The position numbers and the translations under genes were made by a program. Positions 1 through 10,322 of a stretch of DNA of 64,000 nucleotides are shown here, piece by piece. Each line of letters begins with the position of its first letter. Positions within the stretch are counted from its first letter, which is position 1. This DNA is from Candidatus Latescibacterota bacterium (GTDB lineage Bacteria; Latescibacterota; UBA2968; GCA-2709665). The notes below the pieces were generated by a model, which was not told the origin of the DNA, ran no database searches, and worked only from the letters and a program-made list of their open reading frames with translations. Location: the NCBI GenBank assembly GCA_965248435.1, contig OZ252100.1, forward strand, positions 1-64,000, in the 5' to 3' direction.

Positions 1-939
1 TTCTGGCAAAGCACCGACTCGGGTGACGACGACAGGTTTGGCAAAGGCATACGCAAGTTGAAGCGCGCCGCTTTGTGCGATAGCCCGGTAAGGGAAGGCG
101 GCGATGTCGGCAGCCTGGAAACAGCGTGCGATGTCCTCAAAGGGTACATATCCGGGCCGAAAGATGATGTGATGATTCAGATCATGTCGCTCGATGAGCG
201 CCCGATAGACCTCCAGGTCGATACCTATGGGCTTTCCGACGATGGCCAGGTAGGCATCGGGGACCACCCTTGCGACCCGCGCAAAGGCCTTGATAAGGTC
301 GGGAACGCCTTTGTAGGTGCGGATAGTGCCAAAGGCGAGGATCAGCCGCCCGTCCGGTGGCACGCCGAGCCAAGCTTTGGCCTCCGTAGGGTCTGTCCGA
401 CTGTCTTTGTCTGCAAAGATATAGTCTCCGTGCGGGATGACAGCGATCTTTTTGGGTGACGGGCTGAACTGCCTGAAGAGTTCCATCCGGACGTTTTCGC
501 TGTGGACAATGATGGCGTCGCTCAGGGCATAGATCAGGCGGTATGCGAGCCGCATGCCGGTGGCGTCACGCTCCTCCCCCTCATGCGGCAGGACGTTGTG
601 GGCAGTGAAGACGAGGGGCTGTCGAAAGAATTTGAGGAGCAGAAGGGGCAGCCAATCTTTGCGGGCGGAAAGGGTGTTCTGAATGTGGAGCAGGTCTGGT
701 CGGATAGCACATAGATTTGTTGCGATGCACTTAATCTGTTGTTCGTAGGACGCGTCAGGTGGAATCACGGGTTTCAGCTTGAAATATAGGGGTAGTTTTT
801 CTAATTCATAATTCGTGTTGCTGATTAGAGTAACGCGACAGCCTGCGCGAGCGAGCGACTGGCTGAGGTTGTACGTGTAGTGGCAGATTCCTCCCCAGCC
901 GCCAGATTCGAGCATAGCAATGTGAGGTGGAGTTTGCAT
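1..939 (-). CDS. Glycosyltransferase family 4 (runs off the left edge of the window)
   Basis: Translated by hand because it is absent from the ORF track. It reads MQTPPHIAMLESGGWGGICHYTYNL...LVFTAHNVLPHE...FGTIRTYKGVPDL...AADIAAFPYRAIAQSGALQLAYAFAKPVVVTRVGALPE, open from the ATG at 939 to base 1. Confidence 0.9.
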   Translation of the reverse strand, partial: MQTPPHIAMLESGGWGGICHYTYNLSQSLARAGCRVTLISNTNYELEKLPLYFKLKPVIPPDASYEQQIKCIATNLCAIRPDLLHIQNTLSARKDWLPLLLLKFFRQPLVFTAHNVLPHEGEERDATGMRLAYRLIYALSDAIIVHSENVRMELFRQFSPSPKKIAVIPHGDYIFADKDSRTDPTEAKAWLGVPPDGRLILAFGTIRTYKGVPDLIKAFARVARVVPDAYLAIVGKPIGIDLEVYRALIERHDLNHHIIFRPGYVPFEDIARCFQAADIAAFPYRAIAQSGALQLAYAFAKPVVVTRVGALPE

Positions 940-1339
940 GGATAGACCTTCATTTGACCCGATAGGATGGACGCCTTCGTTTACGAGCACTGATCAGGTG
1001 GGGGGATGTGAGCGAGGAGTAGGGAAACATCCTTCCTCAGATGCGCCTGTCCGAATCAGACTAGCCCGCAGTTGTGATGCAGCTATAGGCCAAGTGCGGC
1101 ATCTGGCAGTGCAGATTTGAGAATGACTCACGGGAATGCAAGTGTCGGCCAGCGATGCGGTCTAGAACGCCTTACATTCTCCATGCGCGGGGTATCCTAC
1201 AGAGATTTCGCCTGCTAATGCTCGAGAATGTTTAGGAGAATGTCTTTCTTCAGGGATGACTATCTATTGCCTGTTCGGTCTTAGATATCTTCCTGTCCCA
1301 CATTTCTGGAACCGGCGATCTCGAATAATGCGCGTGTGG

Positions 1340-2551
1340 TTAATCGGGGAGCCCACACGCCCTGCCATAGGCCGCCTCTATTCTGTCAGCCAGCCGTCGG
1401 ATATCGTGGGTCTCCTCGCTCAGCTTTCTGTTATAATTACCCATCTTTTTTGACAGTATGGGGTCTGTTAACAGCCTGCACAGGGCGTCGGCAAGCGCTC
1501 TGGAATTTCGGGGCGGCACCAAGATGCCCGATTTTCCATCTTTGACGAAGTTTGGAACCCCCCCGGATGCTGTTGAGACAACGGGAATGCCACACGCCAT
1601 GGCCTCGAGGAGAGTGTTAGCTGCCGGTTCACCCACAGAGGGAAGGCAATAGATATGGGATCTTTGAAAATAGTAAACCGTATCTCCGTGGGGGACGGAA
1701 CCAATGAATTCAACATAAGATTCTAGCTTCAGAGATGTTGTTAAATCCTGAAAATAGGACCGAGCGGGCCCATCTCCGACGATTTTGAGTCGAACCCCTG
1801 GCACAACACTGATGGTCTGAGACATTGCCTTGAGTAGATATTCCAGGCCTTTGCGCCTGAAAAGTTTGGCGAGGAAGAGGATTGTCGGACGCTCGAATTG
1901 TTCTGTTGAGGGGCAAAATTGCCTCGTGTCCGTACCAAGCCCTACGATTTCTGTCTTAGAATGTAGTGTTTTAGGAATGCCTTGAAGGGCTTTTGGAATT
2001 TGTACTAAAATCACTGCAGCCCTTAGAAGCGTCGCCCTCCAGATACGGGGAACTACTGTCTTTTCGAATCGATGGAAGACTCGCGATGCTACCCTTCTCC
2101 AGATCGAGATCGTGCGCCCCGCAATCGGAAAGATATCCCGGTCATGCTCGGACGTGTTTTCCCAGGCAGGGGTGATGGGGCCGTAGACAAATGGCAAAGG
2201 GAGCAGAGAGGCGAGGCTGAAACGGCCTTGAAAGGCTGGCCGGATGTGGTGCACAATGTCAATGCGTTCCTTCCAAAGCAGCCGCCGGGCCTCCACGTAG
2301 GCGCGGAGGTTATAGAGCCACCAGTCAATCCGGTATCGGAAGTAGTCCCGATCGGGATCGAAGCGGTAGCGACCGAGTTCATAGAGTCGGGTGTTTGGCA
2401 AGACAGCTTGCACATCGCACTTGGGGGCGAAGAGGAAGAGCCGGTGGCCCCTCCGGTCCAGTTCCTTGACGATACCGAACACAACCCGGTTTTCGCCTCC
2501 CGCGAGATGGTCGGAAAAGTTGTAAGAGGCGGATGAGATAAGGATGTTCAT
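1340..2551 (-). CDS. Glycosyltransferase family 4
   Basis: GT-B motifs RRKGLEYLLKAM, IVGDGP and PSVGEPAANTLLEAMACGIPVV. Confidence 0.92.
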   Translation of the reverse strand: MNILISSASYNFSDHLAGGENRVVFGIVKELDRRGHRLFLFAPKCDVQAVLPNTRLYELGRYRFDPDRDYFRYRIDWWLYNLRAYVEARRLLWKERIDIVHHIRPAFQGRFSLASLLPLPFVYGPITPAWENTSEHDRDIFPIAGRTISIWRRVASRVFHRFEKTVVPRIWRATLLRAAVILVQIPKALQGIPKTLHSKTEIVGLGTDTRQFCPSTEQFERPTILFLAKLFRRKGLEYLLKAMSQTISVVPGVRLKIVGDGPARSYFQDLTTSLKLESYVEFIGSVPHGDTVYYFQRSHIYCLPSVGEPAANTLLEAMACGIPVVSTASGGVPNFVKDGKSGILVPPRNSRALADALCRLLTDPILSKKMGNYNRKLSEETHDIRRLADRIEAAYGRACGLPD

Positions 2552-2568
2552 CGACGGCCACTGATCGG

Positions 2569-3357
2569 TTAGTGACAGATGGCGATTAGAAATGGAGCGT
2601 TCTTCACTCCTCGTTGCGAAATGAGGAGGTCTTCCGTTCGAGTCTGACTTTTTGGTTTTCCGCCTGTTCTTAGCGCAACTTTTTGATAGATCTGGTCCTT
2701 GAATCGGTTTGTGAACTTGCTTCGAATACCAAGAATGTCGACGGCTCGTATCAAGCGGTGAAGCGACCTAGCGTATCCAACGATACTTCTTCCACTAGAT
2801 ATTCCGAAAATTTCAACATTTGTAAAGAACCGTTGCAGTAGAATCGCGAGCTCAATGTGGCTGAGTTCCTTGACATGATAAGGGCTTTTCGTTCGGCCTT
2901 CAATCGGATACCCTTCACGGTTGGGTGTGGAAAGGACAAGGGTGCCTCCAGGCTTCAAGGCATAGCAGATTTCGCCCAAGAAGTCCTCATGTTCTTTTAA
3001 ATGTTCTATCACTTCGAGGGAAATCACCGTATCGAAGACACCGCCACGAGTGCCAAGGTGAAGGGCCTCGGAACATAAGTAAACAATTCGTTGATGTTCA
3101 TATCGCCGTCGAGCTACCCTCAGTTGGTTTGGTAGGTTGTCAATCGCAACGACCTTCCTGGCGAACTGTGCCAGATGCCAGGGCCCGTCTCGGGCTCCAC
3201 AGCCCAGGTCGAGCACGAAATGGTCGTTGATGTTGCGCGCCGCAAATCGATAACGGGCCAAGTGCTCCTGATAGTGGAAGTTGGAAGGAAAGTCGCCGAA
3301 GACAACACTGGATCTATTTTTTTCAGCGATCCGAGGGATGTCTGAACCTTGGTTCAT
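2569..3357 (-). CDS. Class I SAM-dependent methyltransferase
   Basis: HLARYRFA, VLDLGCG, FDTVISLEVIEHL, LKPGGTLVLSTPN. Confidence 0.9.
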   Translation of the reverse strand: MNQGSDIPRIAEKNRSSVVFGDFPSNFHYQEHLARYRFAARNINDHFVLDLGCGARDGPWHLAQFARKVVAIDNLPNQLRVARRRYEHQRIVYLCSEALHLGTRGGVFDTVISLEVIEHLKEHEDFLGEICYALKPGGTLVLSTPNREGYPIEGRTKSPYHVKELSHIELAILLQRFFTNVEIFGISSGRSIVGYARSLHRLIRAVDILGIRSKFTNRFKDQIYQKVALRTGGKPKSQTRTEDLLISQRGVKNAPFLIAICH

Positions 3358-3582
3358 CTGTAATTACTCCCAAAAGGGGGACAGTGAGTCAATTTTGACT
3401 AATGGAAAAACACTTATGCTAGACCACATGGACGGCTTCCAAATTGAACTTGCCATCGAACGCCGATCCCGACCAACTATTGCAGAGGCTTCCACGCTGC
3501 AACACACACTCGTTTTTTTCGTTGTTCCCAAAACCAGTTTGACCACTTCACAGTTAAAATATCCCGGATGTCAATTTGTCGC

Positions 3583-5100
3583 TCACTTTCTGATCGAACG
3601 GGTAGAGTGGTCGTCCTCTTCTCCGAATGTGTGTCGAAGCATTTCAAGGATTTCCTGCGTTAGACCCCGGTCCAGGATGGCAATGGCGATCAGGTATGTG
3701 ACGCAACAGACCAACAGGACTGCAAGGAAGGGCAAAGGTGAGTCCAGGATAACATTCTGTGTCAGGATGTTCACGAGAACACTTACTGTGATGGCAGCAA
3801 TCAACGGTCTGGAAACACTGCTCAGAAGGCGCAGGGGCGTAACACCGATAAGCCTTTTCAACTGTAAGGACAAGAGAAGGTCAAAAATGAAAATACCGAA
3901 AGTGACAGCTGTCGCAACTCCTACCAGCCCAAATCTTGTCAGGCAAGGATAGATTACGACTGCAGTCGATACGAGTTGCCAGAAAGCGATATTCTTAAGC
4001 CGATCGGGACTTCCGATCCCCTGAAAAAGGGCCCCATACATGAAACCGAAGGAGCGAAGAACTCCGAAGATACAGAGCACTCTCAGGCCAGGCACCATAG
4101 GCAGCCAGGTCTCTCCAAGGAGGATTCGTGTCAGTTGAGGTGCAAGGGCGAGCATTAGCAACCCCGATGGGAACGAGAGAAAGCCCACAAATCTGAATGT
4201 CCTGAGAAAGGTCGCAGGGAGTGCCGTTGTTTCGTCGTGAAGTTTTGCATAAACAGGAAGGATGACACCCGTAACCGAGGTGCTGATAACGGTAGCCGGT
4301 AAATTGGCGATCACATACGCGTATGCGTAAAATCCCAGAGCCTCGGGCCCGAGAAATCTTCCTACCAGAAGATCGTCACCTGAAAGGAGGAAGTAGTCAA
4401 TGATTCTGAATGCCAGGATATGTTTGCCAAAGTTGAAGAGTTCAAGAGCAATCTTCGAGTCCCACTTCAATTTAGGCCGGTAGGGATGTATACGATATGA
4501 GAGGTACAACCGGATTAGACCGCCGAACATCTCCCCAATGACTAGTGCCCAGACGTTGCGCAGTAGAAGGGCCGCTCCTGCAGAGACGACCGTCGTCAGG
4601 AATCCTGCTAGGAGATAGAAAGTTGCACGACGCTTGAAGTCGAGTTCTTTCTGGAAGAGAACGAACCCGATATTGCGGAGACCATCAAGAATCTGATTGA
4701 GAGCGAGAAAGCGGATAATGGGCCCAACAAGCGGCTGGTTAAAGAAATCTGCCAGAAACGGTGCAACTCCGACAAGGATGGCACAGAGGAGGACGCCTCT
4801 GAGAGTGGAGATGACCCAAGCCGTGTTAAGCACGGCGGCGTCGACATCTCGCCTGTGAATGAGGGCAGGCTGGAGCCCGGTGGTCGCAAAGGCATGGAGA
4901 CCCCCGATGACCGAAAGGGCAAGATGTACAAGCCCGATGTCACCTGGAAGCAGGAGTCGGGCGAGGATGACAGTGCGGACCAGGCCCAGCACTCGTTCTC
5001 CCACATTGCCTGCTGCATTCCAAATACCTCCATGAACCACGCGACGTTTAAGGCTATCACCAATGGCCTCCGTGCTTCTCAAAAAAGGAGATAGAACCAT
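3583..5100 (-). CDS. wzx: Wzx/PST-family polysaccharide flippase (WzxC-like)
   Basis: Multi-TM protein of 505 aa with VILARLLLPGDIG, KELDFKRR and D.LLVGRFLGPEALGFYAYA. Confidence 0.88.
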   Translation of the reverse strand: MVLSPFLRSTEAIGDSLKRRVVHGGIWNAAGNVGERVLGLVRTVILARLLLPGDIGLVHLALSVIGGLHAFATTGLQPALIHRRDVDAAVLNTAWVISTLRGVLLCAILVGVAPFLADFFNQPLVGPIIRFLALNQILDGLRNIGFVLFQKELDFKRRATFYLLAGFLTTVVSAGAALLLRNVWALVIGEMFGGLIRLYLSYRIHPYRPKLKWDSKIALELFNFGKHILAFRIIDYFLLSGDDLLVGRFLGPEALGFYAYAYVIANLPATVISTSVTGVILPVYAKLHDETTALPATFLRTFRFVGFLSFPSGLLMLALAPQLTRILLGETWLPMVPGLRVLCIFGVLRSFGFMYGALFQGIGSPDRLKNIAFWQLVSTAVVIYPCLTRFGLVGVATAVTFGIFIFDLLLSLQLKRLIGVTPLRLLSSVSRPLIAAITVSVLVNILTQNVILDSPLPFLAVLLVCCVTYLIAIAILDRGLTQEILEMLRHTFGEEDDHSTRSIRK

Positions 5101-5172
5101 AGTTGATTCGCCTTTGTCTTAAAATCTATGTTGAGAAGGCCTCTTGCGGCCTATTCCTTAAAAAGACCTTGT

Positions 5173-6634
5173 TTACCTGCGATGGCTGGGGCGGAGTACG
5201 CCTTCGACGTCTTGTTGAGGTTCTGTCATTCGCGATCGCTGGTTGGCCATCAGGGTTTCTGTCTGTTCAGGGGACTCTTCGAGAGCGGGAAAGGCAACCA
5301 CAAGCGCAGTCAGCAGCCAGAAGGGCTCCATGACGCGCACGATGATAAAGGTGTTAGCCATCAACCCGTGTGCCATCATCCCTAGAGTACCGACGAAAAA
5401 CCCCAGAGCGACCCCCCTGAAAAGGGGATCCTTCACTTCCCTGTAGGTAAATCGTGCCTGACGCAATACCGCCCAAAGCAGCATAAGGAATGTTGTGAGT
5501 CCCAAGAGTCCGGTTTCAAGCAAGACACGGAGGTATTGCGCGTCGATGAACCTCCACCCCGTGATGCCATAGCCTATTACCGGATGATTCGGAAGGTCAC
5601 CTAACGCGTGCTTCCAGGATCTGATACGGGCAGAGGAGGAGGTATCGAAGGTGATGCCTCCTAGTGATTCCTGCTGTTGACGCTCCCATACTCTCTCTCC
5701 CTTTTCTGTGGTGTAAAGTACGCGCTCCTTAACACTTTCTGGAACGGCGAAGGGTGCCACCACAAGGCCTGCCACTCCGACCAAGGTGAGGACAAGCTTT
5801 CGATCGCTCAGCAACAAAAACCCGACAAAAACGGGAAAAGCGGCAAGCCAGGTGGCCCGCGATAACGTAAATAGAATTGGAATGAACATGAGGACTGCAA
5901 GAAAGGCCAATGCAACACGATGCCAAAAATTCTGGACCGCGTTCTTTGATAACAACAATCCTCCGACCGCAGAGGAAATGAGAAGCAGATAGCCGCCAAG
6001 CGTATTCGGCTCACCACTTTCCCCTTCAAAAGGCGCGACAACCCGACCTCCGGTGGGTATTTGCGCGATGGCGATCAGTGAAACGATTGCAGCTGTCAGG
6101 AAGATGGCCACCAAAAAGCGTCTGGCCTGCTTTTTATTTTCAATGTTGTTCACCAGCAAGAAGTAAACGATAAAATATTCGAAATATTTAAGAACGAAGA
6201 AGAACCCAGTGACAGGACGTACGCGGCCAAAGATGATCCCTACACTCGTTGAAATGATACAAGCAAGCATGTAGTAGGTGATATACCGATTCAGAGGTGT
6301 CCAGGCGAAAATTCCGATTTCCCTGTTAATGGCGCTCTTTGTTAGCTGGCTGAAACCGATAAGAAGGAGAAGGAAGTCATCCAGGCGGATCGTGACCCCG
6401 CCGCCGCCGGTCGTTCGGCTACTCCGGGGAGAGGAGCGTCGCAAAAATCAAGGTGTAGAGTGCGAATTGGACGCTCACGAAGGTGAGAATAAAAACGATG
6501 ACGCCCAGCACAATGCCTATCGCCAGCGCAGGCTCGACGCGGGCAACGAGAAGCCCAATCATAGGGGTCAAAACCAGGAGCAGGGCAAGGATACCAAAAA
6601 CGATGGGGGATGTCTGTTGTCTGGAGGCGAGCAT
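5173..6634 (-). pseudogene. O-antigen ligase/Wzy polymerase family protein, frameshifted near 6420
   Basis: The N-terminal TM ORF 6419..6634 ends LLSPE*. It continues in another frame (RTTGGGGVTIRLDD...) with EPNTLGGYL, TLSRATW, SARIRSW, HPVIGYG and ETGLLGL. The shift could be a sequencing error. Confidence 0.75.
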
Positions 6635-6768
6635 ATGTCAAACTCAGGTGTTCTTTACATTAGAACTGAAAGAAATCACGATGACGTTTCAAAGTTAAGT
6701 TGAAAAGTGCGCCAAATCAAATAGATAAACTATTTAGGGTGGCCTAGTTCCAACTTCAGCCAAGTACA

Positions 6769-6844
6769 ACGGCCGCAGACAACGCTCGTCGAAAGGGGGA
6801 GATTTCGCGAGTGCATCTGCGGCCGTGAAGGGGGTCGCGACCCC
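6769..6844. repeat. Intergenic stem-loop plus a perfect 14-bp palindrome
   Basis: ACGGCCGCAGA (6769-6779) pairs with TCTGCGGCCGT (6816-6826), with further inner pairing. GGGGTCGCGACCCC at 6831-6844 is a perfect palindrome. Confidence 0.6.
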
Positions 6845-6887
6845 AAGGGTCAGTTTCGGGGGAGGGGAATCAGCTGCCAGTAAACGC

Positions 6888-9369
6888 TCAGATGTCAGAG
6901 TGGACAGGTGTATTCATTGGAAGAATCGAGGTATAGCTTGCAACGCTTTTCGCCCTGAGCCTCTTAGCCGCGTGCGAGGCCTCCAGCCTGGTGCTAAACG
7001 CTCCAACAAGGACCCGATAGAATTGCCCGCGGTTCTGAATATCCTTGCGCATCAGTCTCACGGGGAAACCCCGCCTGCGGTACTTGCCCGCCTCGTTTTC
7101 TGCAGAGACCCTCACTTTGTGAGAGGATACATGGATCGTGAACAGACCTGAGTCGCTGTTGATCGACGGCTTTATTTGTGGTTCCGGCTTTGGTTGGAGA
7201 GTTACAACCGGCATTGGTGTCGATGCTGTTCTGGCCGGGCTTTTTGGATGAACCTCTGGCTCGACGAGGGCCGACGCCGGTTGACGGACTTCTTGCACCT
7301 CTAATGTCGGAGGTTTCACGTTTTTGAATTCAAGCACTTTGTCCCTTTGTTGAGGCCGGCCGGAGGCAGCAACATATCCGAGCTGCCAGAGGATTCCGGC
7401 GGCCAGAAGGAGGATGAGAAATACCCAGAACAACGTGTTTAGAATTACACTTGAACCCGAATCATCTTCCTCCACTGCTTCAGCTTCTTCCTCGGGCGAT
7501 GTATCTTCTTCGGTTGCTTTTGAGTACCTCTCTTGGGCCCACTCAAGAAGAGGCTGAATGATCTTGTAGAAGTCGTTCCACACCGATTTGAGACGCCTTA
7601 TTACCCTGTTGTAGAATCGCTGTATCGGAGGACCCGTTTCAAGATCCGGCTCGGAGCCGTAGCTGTAGTAGGAGTAGTATCGAAGGTCGCGGAAGTCTTC
7701 GCTGGCCTCAGCCTTCAGACCGTTTATGACGACGCCAAGCACAGGAATATCGACGTTGTCCAGCTGGAGTTTCGCTCGCTTCAGCGCGCTCCTGGAAACC
7801 TGGCCGATTTTGTAGACAACCAGGACGCCATCCATCTTTGTTCCGAGTATCGTTGAGTCTGTCGCTTGCAGGATAGGGGGGGAGTCGAACAGGACAACGT
7901 CGTATACGGAACGTACTTCTTCTATGAATTCATTCATGCGTCTGGCGGATGTGATTTCGGCAGGATTTGGAGGAATGACACCACTCGTGATGATATTCAG
8001 ATTATCCATCCCGGGCGTCATCATGATATCTTCCATCCCGAGTCCGCCGACCATGATGTCTGTGACTGTCCGTACGACATCTCGCCAGTTGTAATTGCCC
8101 AGGATCACGTCCGTGACGCCCGGCTCCCGATCTAAACCAAAGATGCGGTTGATGGTGGGTCGGCGGAGGTCAGCATCCACGAGAAGCACTCGGTTTCCGG
8201 CCTGGGCAAGGGTCATCGCCAGGTTGGCGCTTGTCGTGCTTTTCCCCTCCTGGTGAGACGCGCTTGTGAGCGAGATGACCTTGGCGCCCTTTTCAAGGTT
8301 TGCAAACTGAATATTGGTCCTGAGCGCCCGATAACTTTCTGCGAGGACCGATCGGGGTTCGAAGTGGGCTGCCAGGCGCAGCCGACGCTCCATCGTCTCG
8401 GTATCATCCTCTGCAACGCCGCTCTGAATCAACGCGTCCTTCATGTCATCGAGATCGACGTGGGGGATAATCCCAACGACGGGAACCTCGATATACTCCT
8501 CCACGTCCTCGATCGTGCCGATGGATGTGTCCAGGGTCTCAGCGATGAACGCGAAGACCACCCCAAGAATCAATCCAAGAAGGGCGCCAACTCCGCCGGT
8601 GGTGGTCGGGGTGGAAGGGTTGGTGGGGCGCGTAGGGAGGAGCGCCTTCTGCAAAACGGTGACCTGGTGCACTTCTTCCGACTGTGCGATGCGGGACGCT
8701 TGGTACTCCTCCTCTATGGCGAGGAGGAGGCGTTTTTGTACCTCGACGCGCCTGACGAGTTCGCCAAGTCGAATGCTGAGCTCGGGCAGGCGTCCGTATT
8801 CGTTTTCCAGTGTTTCGAAAACCTGCTTCTCGCTTTTCATCCTTCTAGAGACTATATCCCGCTGTACGCGGAGGCTGGAAAGCATGTTCTTGACGATCAC
8901 TTGCTTGCGCGCGTCCAGATCACGCACCTGAGGATGTGCCTCGGTGAAGTTGACGAGAAGCTGGTTTCTTCCCTGATTGAGAGCCTGTAACTGGTTGCCT
9001 AGACCGATAAACGTCGAACCTCCCTCCTCGGGAGGTATACTGGAAAGCGTTCCCTCAGAAACCCTGCCCATATTTCGATTTTCTCTCAGCACAGAATCGA
9101 TACTCTTTTGCACTGAGGTTAGGCGTTCCAGCTCATCCCTGGAGTCGTGAAGCTGTCCCAGAATGTCTGATGTATAGGCAGCCACGGAGACAATCTGTGC
9201 TTCCTCCTGGAACTCTCTTAGCCGCTCCTGGGCTTTTTTTAGTCTCACCTCAACCGTATCTCGCTGGGACTTGATGAATCTTCTGGAATTGAGGCGTTGT
9301 GAATTTCGGGTTTCGAAGTTGTATTCCGAGTACTCTTCCGCAACTGTGTTGGCGATATCACGTGCCAGG
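6888..9369 (-). CDS. wzc: Wzc-type polysaccharide co-polymerase/tyrosine kinase with C-terminal TM+SPOR extension, 5'-truncated
   Basis: Coiled-coil region, TM2, Walker A SASHQEGKST, A' VLLVDADLR, B VVLFDSPP and Tyr cluster YYSYYSYG. These are followed by a TM helix and a SPOR-like domain (FTIHVSS...FYRVLVGAF). The N-terminal TM1 is missing. Confidence 0.85.
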
Positions 9370-9371
9370 CA

Positions 9372-10322
9372 AAATGGATCATCATCTCTTTTGCGTTCGA
9401 GAAGTTTGCCGAGCGCACCCTGCAGCGCCCGCTGTTGATCGCGGAAGTGCAGGAGGCGATTCGGCAGCAGGACGGAAAGGAAGGCGGTTCGGGTGACGGT
9501 CAATTGGCCCCGCCGCATTTGAGGGAGTTTATGGAGGACGAACGGCTGGTCAACCTGCTCAAGAGCGGGAAGCCGTTTCCGAGCAACGAAGAAGAGATCT
9601 CAGTCTACACGCACTTGAGTGCTTCCACTCAACCACGACGCGTCCTTCCCGATGCGCAGGAGGATTTGGGGGCAGAGGGAACGGAGGGGATGATTCGTGT
9701 AGACCGCGGGAAGTTCCTGATGGGAGACATAAACCGCGCGACGCTCCTTGAGGAATTTGAAATAGACATCTGTCCGGTGACGAACAGGCAGTTCCAGAAG
9801 TTCCTGGATGCGACCGGCTACGCAAACGTTCCGGAGCACTGGCGCGATGGTACCTATCCTTCCAGCAGGGCTGACCATCCAGTTGTGAACTTGAGCTGGG
9901 AGGACGCGCAGGCCTATGCCGATTGGACCGGAAAGCGTCTGCCGACAGAACAGGAGTGGGAGAAGGCCGCCCGGGGGCCGAATGGGAGGATCTATCCCTG
10001 GGGCAATGCCTTCAATCGGTTCAATTGCAACGGCCGGGATTTGAGTCTGAACGGCACGACGAGCGTCTCACAATTTCCTAACGGGGCAAGCCAGTACGGA
10101 TGCTACGATATGTCTGGGAATGTGTGGGAATGGACGGCGACAGATGTCTTTCCGGACACCCAGGAGGCCAAAGTCATTCGGGGAGGGAGTTGGGCAAGCC
10201 CTCAGGAAGGTATGCGAACGACGGCCCGTGCCTACGAGCGGGTTGAACGTCGGCGAAGGGATCTGGGATTTCGGTGCGCCCGAGATATGGGTGCCCGCAA
10301 CGAAATGGAGCGTGCAGATTGA
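9372..10322 (+). CDS. FGE-sulfatase (SUMF1/EgtB/PvdO-like) domain protein, apparently 5'-truncated
   Basis: PVTNRQF, HPVVNLSWEDAQAYA, RLPTEQEWEKAARG, YDMSGNVWEW, RGGSW and GFRCAR. It lacks the catalytic Cys pair of true FGE. The frame is open upstream of 9435 (KWIIISFAFEK...) without a start codon. Confidence 0.8.
   Translation, partial: KWIIISFAFEKFAERTLQRPLLIAEVQEAIRQQDGKEGGSGDGQLAPPHLREFMEDERLVNLLKSGKPFPSNEEEISVYTHLSASTQPRRVLPDAQEDLGAEGTEGMIRVDRGKFLMGDINRATLLEEFEIDICPVTNRQFQKFLDATGYANVPEHWRDGTYPSSRADHPVVNLSWEDAQAYADWTGKRLPTEQEWEKAARGPNGRIYPWGNAFNRFNCNGRDLSLNGTTSVSQFPNGASQYGCYDMSGNVWEWTATDVFPDTQEAKVIRGGSWASPQEGMRTTARAYERVERRRRDLGFRCARDMGARNEMERAD

Noticed and set aside
58-714. Plus-strand ORFs 58-459 and 502-714
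   Set aside because: They are shadows of the minus-strand GT4 at 1-939.
940-1339. 400-bp gap between the two GT4 genes
   Set aside because: I recognised no credible ORF, repeat or RNA motif.
6764-6832. Integron attC site or 6S RNA
   Set aside because: It lacks a proper GTTRRRY end and extrahelical bases, there is no integrase or cassette array, and conserved 6S motifs were not recognised.
9370-9518. Predicted N-terminus of the 876-aa wzc ORF
   Set aside because: It is antisense read-through of the FGE-domain gene beyond the junction and is not Wzc-like.
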